From NCBI GenBank assembly GCA_030390025.1, contig CM059431.1, positions 108,812,001-108,876,000 on the forward strand: a stretch of 64,000 nucleotides of DNA, written 5' to 3'. Positions 1 to 13,270 of the stretch are shown in pieces. This DNA is from Squalus acanthias. Taxonomy: Eukaryota. The translations under genes and the position numbers were made by a program. Positions within the stretch are counted from its first letter, which is position 1. The number at the start of each line of letters is the position of its first letter. Under the pieces are notes generated by a model, which made no database searches, was not told where the DNA came from, and saw nothing but the letters and a program-made list of their open reading frames with translations.

Positions 1-1041
1 TGGAACAATATTCTGTCACCAGCTTGCTGTGATGCACCCGTCTGTCCGTCCCCCACTTGCGTATCCTCCTCTACTCCCATGATCTCCAGGACCGCATCCT
101 CCCAGGGGGTGAGCTGGGCTAATGAAGGTGGCCCTCCTCCTGTCCTGGCTCTTTCCCTTTTATTGTGAGCTCTCTTTTCCTGCAATGAGGGAGACAAGTG
201 GAGTTTGAGTGAGATTGAAGGAGTGAGTGTAGAAAGTCCATAGCATAGATGCTTAGAAGGAGACAAAGATGGAGTGAGGTGACGAGACCAATGGCCCTCC
301 CTGTGTGTTGTAAGTTGTTTTCATAGCATGACAGTGATAGGGAGTGTGAGGGCTGCATAGTCGAATAGTAAGGTGAATGTGACCATAGAGGGAGAGGGAA
401 TGGGTAAGGGTGCATGGATGTCAGTGTCAAGTGGGATATGGAGGAAGAGGTTGCTAAAGCTGAGTGCTGGTGAGGAGAGGCAATGGGGATCAGATTGAGG
501 GTGAAGGGAAAGTCATACTCACTTTTGCAGTACGTAGAAGGTCATGAAACCTCTTCCTGCACTGGATCCAGGTTCTGCAGGGTGATGGATAAGGAGTTGA
601 CCTCCTGGGCAACCTGGACCCACACAGCCTTGGTCTGCTGGGGAGGCTTCTTCCTCCCTGAGGAGGGGAAGAGCACCTCTCTGTTGGCTCTTGCTCCCTC
701 CACCAAAGCTTGCAGGGCAACGTCATCGAACCTGGGAGCAGACCTGGGTCGTTGGCTGGCCATTCCTCCTGCAGTTGCCTCTAGAATAGAGGTCCAAAAG
801 CTTGGCAGCCTGCAGAAGAAGCAAGGCTTGTTGCAGACCTTAAATGCAGCAGCAATGATGACGTTATCGGAGGCGACTTTCAGTCTGGAATAACTCATTG
901 GCCATGGGTTCCCACACGTTGGAACTCAATTGGCCAATTAAGTTAAAATCGCATCATTCATCCACATCGATCTAGATTCGGGTGGGCAACCGAAAAGCGG
1001 ATAACACGACCCCAACCCGCCCCAGTATCAAAATCCAGCCC
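1..1041 (-). mobile_element. PIF/Harbinger element (family A), right part; runs off the window start
   Basis: Ends in AAAATCCAGCCC (1030-1041), the reverse complement of the GGGCTGGATTTT terminus shared by many copies here; contains a Myb/SANT-like gene; about 740-1041 matches 37575-37853. Confidence 0.85.
20..763 (-). pseudogene. Harbinger Myb/SANT-like accessory gene, exon 1 (763-523) and exon 2 (179-20), 1-nt frameshift near 580
   Basis: MASQRPRSAPRFDDVALQALVEG..REVLFP..TKAVWVQVAQEVN..RTWIQCRKRFHDLLRTAK, then GTGAGT donor (522-517); acceptor cattgcAG, then EKRAHNKRERARTGGGPP..LTPWEDAVLEIMG. Confidence 0.8.
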
Positions 1042-1370
1042 TATGTCTTTATTTATGAAGCCCAGGATCCCGTATGGCCTACTCCTGCTCCTATTTCTTA
1101 TGTTCTTATGTATGCTTTTTTAACCGCTGTCTCAATCTGACCTGCCACCTTCAACGATTTGTGCACATATACCCCTAGGTCTCTCTGTTCATGCACCCAC
1201 TTTAGGATTGTATCCTGTAGTTTATATTGCCTCTCCTCGTTCTTCCGACCAAAATTTATCACTTCACACTTTTCTGCGTTAAATTTCATCTGCCACGTGT
1301 CCGCCTCTTCCACCTCTTGAAGTCTATCCCTACCCACCTCACTGTTCACTATACTTCCAAGTTTTGAGTC
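1042..1370 (-). mobile_element. CR1 LINE ORF2 fragment
   Basis: WQMKFNAEKCEVINFGRKN..EQRDLGVYVHKSLKVAGQ, typical CR1 post-RT region. Confidence 0.9.
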
Positions 1371-2864
1371 TAATTTCAGTACAAGTATCAATCTATCATC
1401 ATTTTATCGTAATTTCAGCAAATGTGGAGCAAAGAGTACGTATGTTCACTGTCGGCTTTGCATAATTAAGCTTCCTTTCGGTTACAGCTGCCTCCCCCCT
1501 CCACCCCCCTTAAGAAAACAGTACCTTCACAGGGACCATAAAACAACCATCCCGACCTCCTTAAGTTGGTGGTGGTTATTTTAGTCTTAAACAATCTTCT
1601 CAGTTCATAAAAAGAATAGTGCAATGTAAGTCATAGGTTTCAGTGGTTAGAATATAGCAGTTGTTTCACTGTTCTCTTTATATACGGTGTGCCTGTGTTA
1701 TATGAATTTTCTATGCATGAATTTTTTATTGATTGAGTCGGTTTCAATAAACTGCAGATGCATGCCAAATGTTAATGAAATCTTAGCATAAACTAATTTC
1801 CTAATCAGAAGAAAAAGAACGTGAATTCCAATTTTCAACACATCTGACCAATTTTCTGAAACACTGCATGCTTCGCTCTTCATATTTGTCGTAAAGAGGA
1901 TGGTTAGGTCGAGCTTTTTCATTTTAATTGATGGGAAGGCTTATTTTGCCTTTTTTCACTTTTATCGATAGATATATCCATTTGTTGCAGATATTTCCCT
2001 TGGCCTTTGGCATATTGATCCAAGCTGTCGAGGAAGGATGAGTCCTTTGATTGTGCTTCACTTGAGAGCACAGTTAATGCATAAAAAACAGTTTATGCTG
2101 TGTAGGTCATTGGAAATGCAGGTTATTAATATGCAGCCGAGATAAAAAGGATAAAAGGCACTAATATTGATGAGAATTCATGGTAAGGAGTGAGAGAATA
2201 CAATTTATAACTATAACTCAACGGCACAGTGCTTAATACAACCCATTTCTCTTTGGTTTATATCCTATTTGCTAGAACACTTAGCAGAATATATATTTAA
2301 TTTCAACGGAAGGTTGTACCAGAATTGTAATCAGGAAATGTGCCTTTAGAAAGCTGTTGACATAATTATATTGCCCGCATGAAGAATCAGTTTTGCAATT
2401 GTGAGATCTCGAAACTCTTGCACAGTGAGTAAAAGACACATGCACAGCATTTTACTTCCATTTCATTTGACTGAAAGTGGTAGCATTTTTTGTTTTTACC
2501 TTTACATAATTAATGCTGCACCAAAATGTATCAGACAACTGTTTTTTCAAAATAATTGCGTGCAAATCTGTAACAGTGTGCAAAACCAACCTGAAGGAGG
2601 ATATGACAAGGACAAACTACAATTAAAAGTCTGCTTTGTCGATCTGGTAATCTGAATGGATTCCAATATGGAGGAAGACCACAATTATAATGGGTCGTTT
2701 CAAGGTTTAAGAAGATTCTGGGATGAAGGGGTTCAAGGAACAGTCGAAATAAAAAAAAATTCAATACCCCAGCACGTATCTGAGGTGAGGAAAAAGATTA
2801 GTGCTCAATATATATCTAGCTTTCCTTTGCAAGTTACACATGGAGGTGAATCTACAGAGACTAA

Positions 2865-5518
2865 AGGCTGGATTTTGCCGGCGCTCAGAGGGCGGGTTTG
2901 GAGGCAGATCCACTGTCAAAATAGCAAAGATTGACAACAGGTAGGAAACCCGCTGCCAACCCACCTCCATGCGAGTCTCCCAGGTGTCGGGCCTGTCAGC
3001 GGAGAACTGACCCGACACCAAGCGGCGGGGGAGACAATTGAGCTCATTAAATGGCTTGTTAACTGCCAATTTAATGCTATTTTGAGGCTACCTGGCAAGT
3101 TTACGTGCTCCCCCACGGGTTACCCGCTGCTCGGGGAACACGCCAGCTCACCCTGGCGTGAGTTGAGTCTGCTCTGATGTATCTGATAAGCTGACAGCTG
3201 CAGAAGTGGTGTAAAGGATGCCATGCTGCAGATGGTCAGTTTCAGAGCGCAGAAACTGTTGGTTACTGCATTTGTAAGACATATATGGCCGGGATCTTAC
3301 CTGATGAGGCGCGTTGGGGGCGGGACTGCTGACTTTCGGGTTCTAATCCTGCCCCAGCGACGTCCGATGCACAGATGTTATTTTGCGTCAATTGGCCTTG
3401 TTAAGCCTGCTATGCGGGCTTGCCGGCCAATTAAGAGAAAGCCGGTGTCAGATGACGTCAATTGATGATGTGTGATCTGCCGGTTTTCTTAAAGGGGCCA
3501 CCACCATTTCTTTTTGACAGACGATTTTTTCAGTGTTTGACAGCATTGAGTTGCTGCAAACACTGTACAAAGGTGAGCCCTTGTACCCAGGCTCTCCAGT
3601 GACTCTCTCCTTAGGCTAAAACAGATGGCAGCTGCAGGTGAGGTTACAGAAGCGATCTGTCACTGTGAGAGCGGTTCTCCCAATGAGCTGGGACTACACA
3701 AACACTTCAAAGCTTGTCATGTACAGAAAATTCTAAACACATTAAAAATGACTTTCCCAACATTTTCTTACCTCTGATACTCACCAGTGTCCCATTGGAT
3801 CCTTCACACCACTTCTGCAGCTGTCATCTATACACAAACATTACAGTAGACCCACAGCACGCCACACTTACCCTGGCGAGGTTTCCTGACGTCGGGAAAC
3901 CCGCAGTAGAAGTGTCAAAATTGGAAAAAGCCTCTTAAATGCCTGTTAACTACCTGTTAACAAGCAGTTAAGTGCCTATAATCCTCTTCCCACTGTAAGG
4001 AGTCGGGTCCCGGGAAGATTGATTGGAGGTGGGTTGGAAGCGGGTTTGGGACCCGCTGCCAATCTTTCTGATTTTGCCAGCAGTCCCGCCTCCAAACCCG
4101 ACCCCTGAGCGCCGGCAAAATCACCCCCATAGAGATTTCTTTAGCTTGCAAGTGTTTAGAGCCAACTGTATAATCAGTGCCACCTCTTTGGAACAACCTC
4201 TCTCACCAGTGACAGATCGCTTCTGTCATCTCACCTGCAGCTGCCATCTATTGCAGCAACATCGGTGCCCTTGGAAAAAACACACCTTGGTCCTCTGAAT
4301 CCTTCCACGATCAGCCCCAACACCAACATCACCAGGCACACCATCATCACCAACAACAACACCAACCTTCTCCGCCATCACTTGATGCTGCACAGGACAC
4401 AGGGCATCATCCCCTGACAACATTGCTGCCCAGGAGGCCAGCGATGGCCTCACCATGGCCAGATTTACTTCACTTGACACTGTAAACCGTGGCTGCCAAA
4501 TGATGCACCAGGTTGACACCATTCCACACCAGCACTGTAAAGCATCCCTTTAATGTCTAAGCCATTCCATTCACACTCATCACTATAGCGGGGGGGCGGG
4601 GCGGGGGGGGGAAGTTATGTCTCAACATTCACTGGAACTCAGTAAGACACTTCTCAAGGTGCGCACAGATCTGTGCAATAAGGTGAAGTGTTGAAAATAT
4701 AGATTTCACTGTGTGACAACACATTACCAGAAACATCACATGAATATTGGCTAAACCTCTCAAGTGCCTACCCTTGTGTGTTGTTAGTTGGTATGCTTGC
4801 AGTAGGATGAGGGTGAGTGTGAGGGGTAGCTTGTGAGATGGGGAAGTGATAATGTAGATAGAGAGGGATGGGTGGAGGTGCAAGGTAAGTTGGTGTGAGT
4901 AAGGATGTGCAGGAGTAGTGTAGGGAAGGCAGAGTGATGGGGATGTGATAAGTGGCACAGGAGGATAAGGTTGAGTGTGGCTTTGCAGTAACGTTTCGTG
5001 ATCTAATGAGATCATTGAAAGGTTTGCGCCACTGCAGCCTGGTGCTCCTGACGACATCCCTGCTTGTGTCCTCCTGTGCAACGTGCAACCAGGCTGTGAT
5101 GATCTCCTGGGGAGGTCTCTTCTGCCCATGGGCAGGGAAGAGAATCTTCCTGCATGCTCTGACTCCCTCCATGAGCATATGGTGAGCTTGAGCTTGGGTG
5201 CAGCCCTGCACCCTTGTGCAGCGTTGGTCAGTGTTTGCAGCACCTCAATGCTGCAGAACACTGACAGCACAACTATCAAAATCAAAGTGGCTGTGGTCCC
5301 TTTAAGGAAACCGGCTGATGACACGTCATCAACCGACGTCATCAGACCCGCTTCCTGTTTATTGGCCAGGAACCCCGCAGGGCGGGCTTAACAAGGCCAA
5401 TCTACGGAAAATCATTTTCAGAGAGCGGCTGCAGACGGGAGCGGGACCAGGACCAGGACCGGAACCCGCCAACCAGCTCTCCCGCCACCATCCCACCTCC
5501 ACAGGGAAAATCCAGCCC
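2865..5518. mobile_element. Internally deleted Harbinger element (family A) with TAA target-site duplication
   Basis: TAA|AGGCTGGATTTT ... AAAATCCAGCCC|TAA; Myb-like remnant on minus (~5211-5000: ILFPAHGQKRPP..AWLHVAQE..WRKPFNDLIRS); plus strand 4300-4470 fuses a transposase N-terminal piece to the C-terminus (AAQEASDGLTMARFT, cf. AARDARDALILARFA at 39272). Confidence 0.8.
3287..4128. mobile_element. Harbinger-derived MITE (~840 bp family) nested in 2865-5518
   Basis: Degenerate TIRs GGCCGGGATCTT / AAAATCACCCCC; body resembles 20399-21243. Confidence 0.75.
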
Positions 5519-5783
5519 TAACTAACCAGCTGCTGGTGAGAAATACATAGGTGTAGCATGAATGAGGAGAACATTAAGGAAATGGCAGTCACAGGTAATG
5601 AGAATACATAGCGCAATCAGTGAATGTGTTTTTTTTTAAATGTCCAATCTAATTTTCTTTTTCATTTACCAAGACTTCAACATTGTCAATTATTTTGTTG
5701 TACTTCAAATTATTCCATTATCCATGCTTCAAAGCTATATATTCCTACCATTGTGTTAGCTGGTCATTAAGTATGGAACAAAG

Positions 5784-6694
5784 TACATAGGATTACATAG
5801 GATATACGGCACAGAAACAGGCCATTCAGCCCAACCAGTCCATGCCGGTGTTTATGCTCCACTCGAGCCTCCTCCCGTCTTTCCTCATCTAAATCTATCA
5901 GCATAACCCTCTATTCCCTTTTCCCTCATATGCTTGTCTAGCCTCCCCTTAAATGCATCTATACTATTCACTTCAACCACTCCCTGTGGTAGCGAGTTCC
6001 ACATTCTCACCACTCTCTGGGTAAAGAATTTTCTTCTGAATTCCCTATTGGATTTCTTGGTGACTATCTTATATTGATGGCCTCTAGTTATGCTCTTCCC
6101 CACAAGTGGAAACATTCTCTCTGTATCCACTCTATCAAAACCTTTCATAATTTTAAAGACCTCTATTAGGTCACCCCTCAGCCTTCTTTTTTCAAGAGAA
6201 AAGAGACCCAGCTTGTTCCTGATATGTATACCCTCGCATTTCTGGTATCATCCTTGTAAATCTTTACTGCACTCTCTACATGCCTCTATATCCTTTTTAT
6301 AATATGGCCACCAGAACTGTACGCAGCACTCTAAGTGTGGTCTACCAAGGTTCGATACAGGTTTAGCATAATTTCCCTACTTTTCAATTCTACACCTTTA
6401 GAAATAAACCCTAGTGCTTGGTTTGCTTTTTTATGGCCTTGCTAACCTTTGTCGCAACTTTTAGTGATTTGTGTATTTGTACTCCGAGATCCCTTTGTTC
6501 CTCTACCCCACCGAGACTCGCACCCTCCAAGTAATAAGTGACCTCCCTATTCTTCCTACCAAAATGTAATACCTCACATTTATCTGTGTTGAACTTCATT
6601 TGCCAATTATATGCCCATTCTGCAAGTTTTTAAATGTCCTCCTGTAATTTGTTGCAGTCCTCCTCAGTATTGATTATCCCCCCAATTTGGTGTC
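5784..6694 (-). mobile_element. CR1 LINE 3' fragment
   Basis: MKFNTDKCEVLHFG, MKGFDRVD..TRGHQYK..FFTQRVVRMWNSLP; short-repeat tail at 5784-5802. Confidence 0.93.
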
Positions 6695-7096
6695 AGTAGA
6701 TATTATTACTTTTGTTCGTAGAAGAATTTCACCCCTGTAGTCATCATTTGTTACCCTGTGTAAGATTAATTAATGCCCACTGTGAAGGGAACTTTTTACA
6801 AACTGTCTTAAGGTGTGCTTTAATTTCCACAGCATTTTTCTCAAGAAATCATCTGTACAACAGGGCACTTGCTCCATATACTAGAGAACTAAACCCATGG
6901 AAGGCATTACACAAACAGTACATAGAGCATTCTCAAGCAAAAGCTCCATCGCTCCACCTCCATAGACATCTGGTAGTTATTTATCCTGGAATATATGGAG
7001 TGGTTTAAGTTAGATGCCTGCTTGACCAAGAAGACTATCAGTAAAAAGAACGATGTATATATAACACCTTTCATAACCTCAGGATGTCCCAAGTCA

Positions 7097-7981
7097 CTCC
7101 CTGGATGATGAAAGAGATAAAGAGTAAGATAAAGCAGAAAAAAGGGGTGTATGACAGATGTCAGGTTGAGAATACAAGTGAGAACCAGGCTGAATACAGA
7201 AATTTCAGAGGGGAAGTGAAAAAGGAAATAAGAGGGGCAAAGAGGGAGTATGAGAATAGACTGGCAGCTAACATAAAAGGAATCCAAAAGTGCACAAATC
7301 GTTGAAGGTGGCAGGGCAAGTTGAGAAAGCGGTTAAAAAAGCATACGGGATTCTGGGCTTTATAAATAGAGGCATAGAGTACAAAAGCAAGGAAGTTATA
7401 GATGAACCTGTATAAAACACTAGTTCAGCTACAACTGAAGTACTGTGTCTAATTCTGGGCACCGCACTTTAGGAAGGATGCAAAGGCTTTAGAGAGGGTG
7501 CAGAAAAGATTTACAAGAATGGTTCCAGGGATGAGGGACTTCAGTTACGTGAATAGAGTGGAGAGGCTGGTGTTGTTCTCCTTAGAGCAGAGAAGATTTA
7601 GAGGAGATTTGATAGAGGTGTTCAAAATCATGAGGGGTCTGGACAGAGAGATACTGTTCCCATTGGTGGAAGGATCGAGAACCAGAGGACACAGATTTAT
7701 GGTGATTGGCAGAAGATCCAAAGGCGACATGATGAAAATCCTTTTTACGCAGCGAGTGGTTATGATCTGGAATGCACTGCCTGAATGGAATGTGGAGACA
7801 GATTCGATCGTGGTTTTCAAAAGGGAATTAGATAAATACCTGAAGGAAAAAAATTTGCAGGACTATGGAGAAAGGGCGGGGGAGTGGGACTAGCTGAAGT
7901 GCTCTTGCAGAGAGTTGGCACGGGCTCAATGGGCCGAATGGCCTCCTACTGTGCTGTAACCATTCTATGATTCAATGATTC
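7097..7981 (+). mobile_element. CR1 LINE 3' fragment with internal deletion
   Basis: QKRFTRMVPGMRDFSY..RRFRGDLIEVFKIMRG..FTQRVVMIWNALP; (ATTCTATG)-like tail. Confidence 0.93.
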
Positions 7982-7992
7982 GACAGTGAATT

Positions 7993-8340
7993 AAGTACTT
8001 TTGAAGTGTAGTCACTGTTGTAATGTAGGAAATGCGGCAGCCAATTTGCGCACAGCAAGCTCCCACATATAGCAATATGATAATGACCAGATCATTTGTT
8101 TTTAGATGTTGGTTGAGGGATATTTACCGGGACACTGGAGAGAATCCCCCTGGTATTCCTCAAAATAGTGGCATGGGATCTTTTACGTCCACCTGAGAGG
8201 GCAGATGGGGCCTCGGTTTAACATCTCATCCGAAAGACGGCACCTCCGATGGTGCAGCACTCCCTCAGTACTGCACTAAAGCGTCAGCCTAGATTAGGCG
8301 CTCGAGTCTCTGGAATGAAACCCACAACCTTCTGACTCAT
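7993..8340 (-). mobile_element. tRNA-derived Deu-domain SINE (SacSINE1-like), partial
   Basis: Reverse complement of the body seen at 12611-13063. Confidence 0.85.
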
Positions 8341-9663
8341 TCCGACCATGAGCACAGTCAAGCCAAGAATTGACTCCCAGATCTCAGTCCCTGGATCTGC
8401 TGAGCCTCTTTATACATCTCTTTATACAATCCCTTCCGTAGAACCTCTATGTTAACACATAATTTTCTTGAGCACAATGTTAATTTTTTGAAAATACTGT
8501 TAAAGTGTTTCTAAACTGCCAAAAGTTTTAAATTTACTAATTAATTAAATCCCAGTGTTTAAACATGTCCTCCTATTATAGTATAATACAAGAGCTGTGT
8601 TGTATATATGATACAACAGGAGACAGTGTTTAAACTCTGGAAATTTATTGAGAAAAGACAATAGATGATCTCTCATCTGCTGCATGCCTTTGGTAACACT
8701 AATGGCCGCCATGCTTCACGCTTCATGTTTTGGATGTCCTATCTTGCCTTCCTACCTCTGATGATTGTCATGTCTTTCTCCATGACCGTAATGCTGCCTT
8801 GTACCTCCCTGAGTCTTCCTCCCACATACTTCCTAGTGCTCCTCCTACATAATAGATACTATAATTCGCCACCTGACTGTTTGATATGCTTCAGCAAAAT
8901 AGTCCTACTCCCCTTTATTTTTACTATCATACCCAGATCTCTGAGCCTAATAGTTGACTTTGCGTCTGTGCTTTTGTTGCAGATGTAGAAGTGCTCCGAT
9001 AGTCCATAGGGTGGTGATATATATATACAGCCTCGGAGAGGCTTGTGCATTATTGAAAACGGTCTTCATCTTCACATATACTCACGTCTTAGGGCCTTAA
9101 AGGACCCAATCAGAAGCCCCGATAGACTCAAATGCTTATCCTAAGTGCTTACTTTTTGCTATGCCTGCCAAAATGCTTTGAAATGTACTGTCATTTCTCA
9201 AATGTTGTAATGCAAATTCTAAATAGACATTCAGAGACATCTAAAGCCTATGGCCAAAATGATAGATTTCAATTGTTTACTCAGAAACACAACCCTCTGT
9301 CAAGTATGTTCCTATGTGGTGAAAACCTCAGTATAATAAACATTTCAAATTTATTACAGATATGACCGTATAAGTTAAGCCAGATCTTACAGTAAAATAA
9401 ATGGGTTAATGCTGCCATTAAAATAACAGATAGAGAAATGTTATAAAACATTCATCTGCTATTATTACTAGCAATAATTTATCCCCTATTCTGTCTGTAA
9501 TATTCTTATTTAGTGAATGATATTAAAATGCATTTCAAGTTAAGCTTACCAAAATCAAAAAGGTATTAATTTAAAAGATGAAGACTACCCTTTTCAATTA
9601 CATTATTGTACTTTTTTTTAAAGGGTACTTAGGTTAAGAATTTGAGTCTATTTGGGTTTCCAT

Positions 9664-10454
9664 GGGGGGAATTTTGCCAGCCCTGAGGAGGCGGGTTTGG
9701 AGGCGAAACTGCCGGGAAAATGGCAGAAACTGGGAGCGGGTACCGACCCCGCTCCCAACCCGCCTCCGTGCCATCTTCCTGGGAGGCGGGTCCTCGAGTC
9801 GGGCAGGGACCCGTCTCCTTGAGGCAGGAAGGGGATTAGAGCCAAATAACTGCCTGTTAACAGGTAGTTAACAGGCAGTTTTGAGGCTTTTCCCCATTTT
9901 GAGCCTTCTGTTGCGGGCTTCCCGACGGCTGCGAACCTCGCCAGGGTCAGCGAGGCGAGCAGTGGGTCTGCGGGGGTGAAAGGGGTCAAAATCTAAGATG
10001 TAGAGGTGAGTGTTAAGTGTTAGAAAAAGTTTCCTTACCTTTGCTTCTTTCTGCAGGCTTCAACCCTTGGGGATCCGGAGGTACCTCATCTCAACGGCAG
10101 AGATGACAGAATGGCTGCTGCATTCTCAGATGCAGCAGCCATCTGCTTTCTGCTGAGGAGAGAGGTTTTGGTGAGTCTTTGTGCAAGGGCTCACCTTAGA
10201 ACAGAGATTGTCAGTGTTTGACAGCTTCTCAAAGCTGTCAAACGCTGACAATTCATCTGTCAAAAATTTTTTCGACAGATGGAACGTCATACGCTGACGT
10301 CCTCTGTCAACGGCTTTCCCTTAATTGGCCGGTAAGCCTGCAGGCCAATCAAGGGAAAATAGTGTGCGTTCGTCAGACGTCGCTGGGGGCGGGACTAGAA
10401 CCCAGAAGGCAGCAGTCCCGCCCCCAACTCGTCTTGGCTGGCAAAATCCAGCCC
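9664..10454. mobile_element. Harbinger-derived MITE (~800 bp family)
   Basis: GGGGGGAATTTTGCCAGCC ... GGCTGGCAAAATCCAGCCC termini; internal palindromes shared with 48868 and 59188 copies. Confidence 0.85.
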
Positions 10455-10969
10455 AAAGACCTTTTAAAGTGCTAAAGTGCACCCTTACCACGGATCTTGT
10501 GGACACCTTAGGGTAGATCTTGACTTTGTGCAACGGTGTAAAATGGGTAATAGCGAGACGACAGCCCGTTTTACATCTCTCCCAGTTTTTATTTGAATGG
10601 AATGTACAGGAGGAAAGTAAATCTGGCCACAAGCACAAAATTGACTTCAAAGTTCTCTACTTTGGTTAGTTGTACAGGATCCCTACCATCCATTGCAGTA
10701 GCCAGATCAATCAGCTCTTTCTGAATCCTAGTCACAAGGTGGCAACTTTGCATGAGTGATGCAGTATTATATCTAGAGATGTCACAGAAGTTTCCTTAAA
10801 TATAAATTGCAGTATTTTAGAATTTAACGATATTTCAATTTGGTACTTTAATGCAAGCTGATGTTATATTAAATAGTGCAAGGAATTTCACAAAATCATA
10901 AGTGCTGAACCGTTCTTTGTTACCTACAACAGAGATCATTTTCCTGATGTTATGTCTAATGAAGCCAAC

Positions 10970-11740
10970 GGACCAGAATTTGTGGTTGTAATGACAACAA
11001 AATTGTCAGCGCTCGCCATCATTACTGTGCAAAACTGACAGCAACTTCTGGCGTCCGCACACGCTCAGTTAAACGCAGAAATCCGGAAGTTGCTGTCAGT
11101 CATTCCCTGCTCCTCCACAGGGTGCACTGTTGCAGTCTTCGCAGATACAATCAACACATTATCAGTGATTTCACATCAACTTCAACATTTTACACATTAT
11201 TCTCACTGTAAATACCAAGGAAAATGTTAAGCCTTGTTCAATCAGGGGTAACTGAGTTTTTCACGGTGTACTAAGTCATAATTACTGCTGAACAACCTCT
11301 CTGGCCCTGATAAACTAATAAGTGTGCAGTCCGATTCCCTCAAAAGAACATTTAAAAATTTCATGATTTTTTAAATAATAACAAATAATTTTTAATTAAA
11401 AAAAAAGTTTTTAAATGATATTTCAGCATCATCCTTAATGCCATATGTATGTCCCAATCTTTATTTTGCTTTCTGCACAATGAATAAAATGTGAATTATA
11501 TTCCATGCTTTTTACTTCCTGCTTTGCTGTCTGGGAGAGTTCTTCAATCTGATTGGCTGATCAGCCTGCCTGTTGCCTGCCCTGTTGCTGGATGCCACAG
11601 ATTCCTCTATAAATGGCGCCAAATTCAAAGTGACGTTGAAATAGAGGAAATCTATGCTCTAGAGCCCGCTAAATCTTTGTGGGCAGCTTTTTTCGAGGAG
11701 TGAGCGCTTACCCTTCACTGCTGACTACTAAATCCTAGCC
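10970..11740. mobile_element. Degenerate non-autonomous DNA element with AT-rich core, probably related to 44996-45702
   Basis: GGACCAGAATTTGTGG ... CTACTAAATCCTAGCC ends; similar subterminal sequence and AT-rich centre. Confidence 0.5.
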
Positions 11741-12544
11741 AGTATATTGCAGGATGTTGTAACTGGCATACTGAATTATATTCTGCGGGCTCTTTTTAAT
11801 TTTATCTATTCTGTTTTGCTTTCCAATCAGTTGGTTACTATTCAATGTAAATGCTTTAGCAATAAGCAGCAACATCTTATATTTTAGAGCCCATAACAAT
11901 GATCACCATCAGTGCAAGACGGTTAGCTCAAGTGGTTAAAAAGTGTGGATGGATTTGGATTGGAACAGGGAGAAGTAGCAATGTCTATGGCAATATTAAA
12001 ATACAAGCACTGGTGGAAACTATTGAAAGTTTTGGAGTTTCATTGACTCTTCTGAATCTTTTCAATTGATATTAAAGAAAAGATAACAAAAATTGTAGAG
12101 GTGATTAAAGCATTAACATTCTATAAGATTGTAATGGCAAACAATGCGGTCAGTTTAATTTTTTATGATTATATTCTGCGAAAGCTGTGGTGACATGAAA
12201 AATGTTCTCATTCACTGACTAATCATGTTCTGAGATGGAGTTTATTTCCCCATCTGCTAGACGTCTAACCGTCTGCCATCTTTCATCCCCACATGCTCTC
12301 CTCCTCGTGTAGTTCTGCAGAAGGGTGCTCTTGATTGGTCTTCCACAAGGCCTGAATAGCCTTTAATGAGCAAAAACTTTTTTCCCCATTAATATCCAAG
12401 ATAGCAGCTTTTGCTTCTTTTTGTGTCTTCTTGTTGTTCCCTTTTTGGGGAATAGTGTGAAGTGGTGGAATGATTCACAAGCCAAATTCAAAGTGACATA
12501 GAAATAGAGGAAATCTATGCTCTAGAGCCCGCTAAATCTTTGTG

Positions 12545-13270
12545 ACTGGCCGCGTTAACGCTCCTTCCATGGCCGTAACTGTCTTTATACCGAGCGATAG
12601 GGTGGCTAGAGTGTCAGCTGTGGCTCAGTGGGTAGCACCCTCATCTCTGAGTCAGAAGGTTGTGGGTTCAAGTCTCACTTCAGAGACCTGAGCACAACAA
12701 TGTAGGCTGACACTCCAGTACAGGACTGAGGGAGCGCTGCACTGTCAGAGGTGCCGTCTTTCAGATGAGACATTAAACTGAGGCCCTGTCTGGTCTTTCA
12801 GGTGGCCGTAAAAGATCCCATGGCACTATTTCAAAGAAGTGTGGTGGCGTTATCCCTGGTGTCTTGGCCAATATTTATCCTTCATCACTAAAACAGATTA
12901 TCTGGTCATTATCACATTGCTGTTTGTGGGAGCTTGCTGTGCACACATTGGCTGCCATGTTTCCTACCTTACAACAGTGACTACACTTTAAAAAGTACTT
13001 CATTGGCTGTAAAGCACTTTGGGATGTCTGGTGGTTGTGAAAGGCGCTATATAAATGCAAGTCTGACTTAGCCCTATATGGCAGGAGGGTTTTATGGGCT
13101 CCCACAACCCGTACGACGAAGGGGGCCACCCACCCGATGCGGGGGTCCTGCTGGATGTCAACCCAGAGTTCAAAGCCGGAGCTCCGACTCCACTTAGCTG
13201 GGATTGTCTGGAGCGGGGCTTGAACCACTGTGCCTAGAGGCAGGAATGCTACCACTGCGCCAAAGGCTCA
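12545..13270 (-). mobile_element. Unassigned tRNA-derived SINE, interrupted by a Deu-SINE
   Basis: Head TGAGCCTTTGGCGCAGTGGTAGC..GGTTCAAGCCCC; body matches 63535-63817. Confidence 0.75.
12611..13063 (+). mobile_element. tRNA-derived Deu-domain SINE (SacSINE1-like)
   Basis: A box TGGCTCAGTGG, B box GGTTCAAGTC, core TTGCTGTTTGTGGGAGCTTGCTGTGC, L2-like tail AAAGGCGCTATATAAATGCAAG. Confidence 0.9.

Noticed and set aside
4629..5342. 237-aa ORF
   Set aside because: Off-frame read-through of a Harbinger Myb exon and its CT-rich intron.
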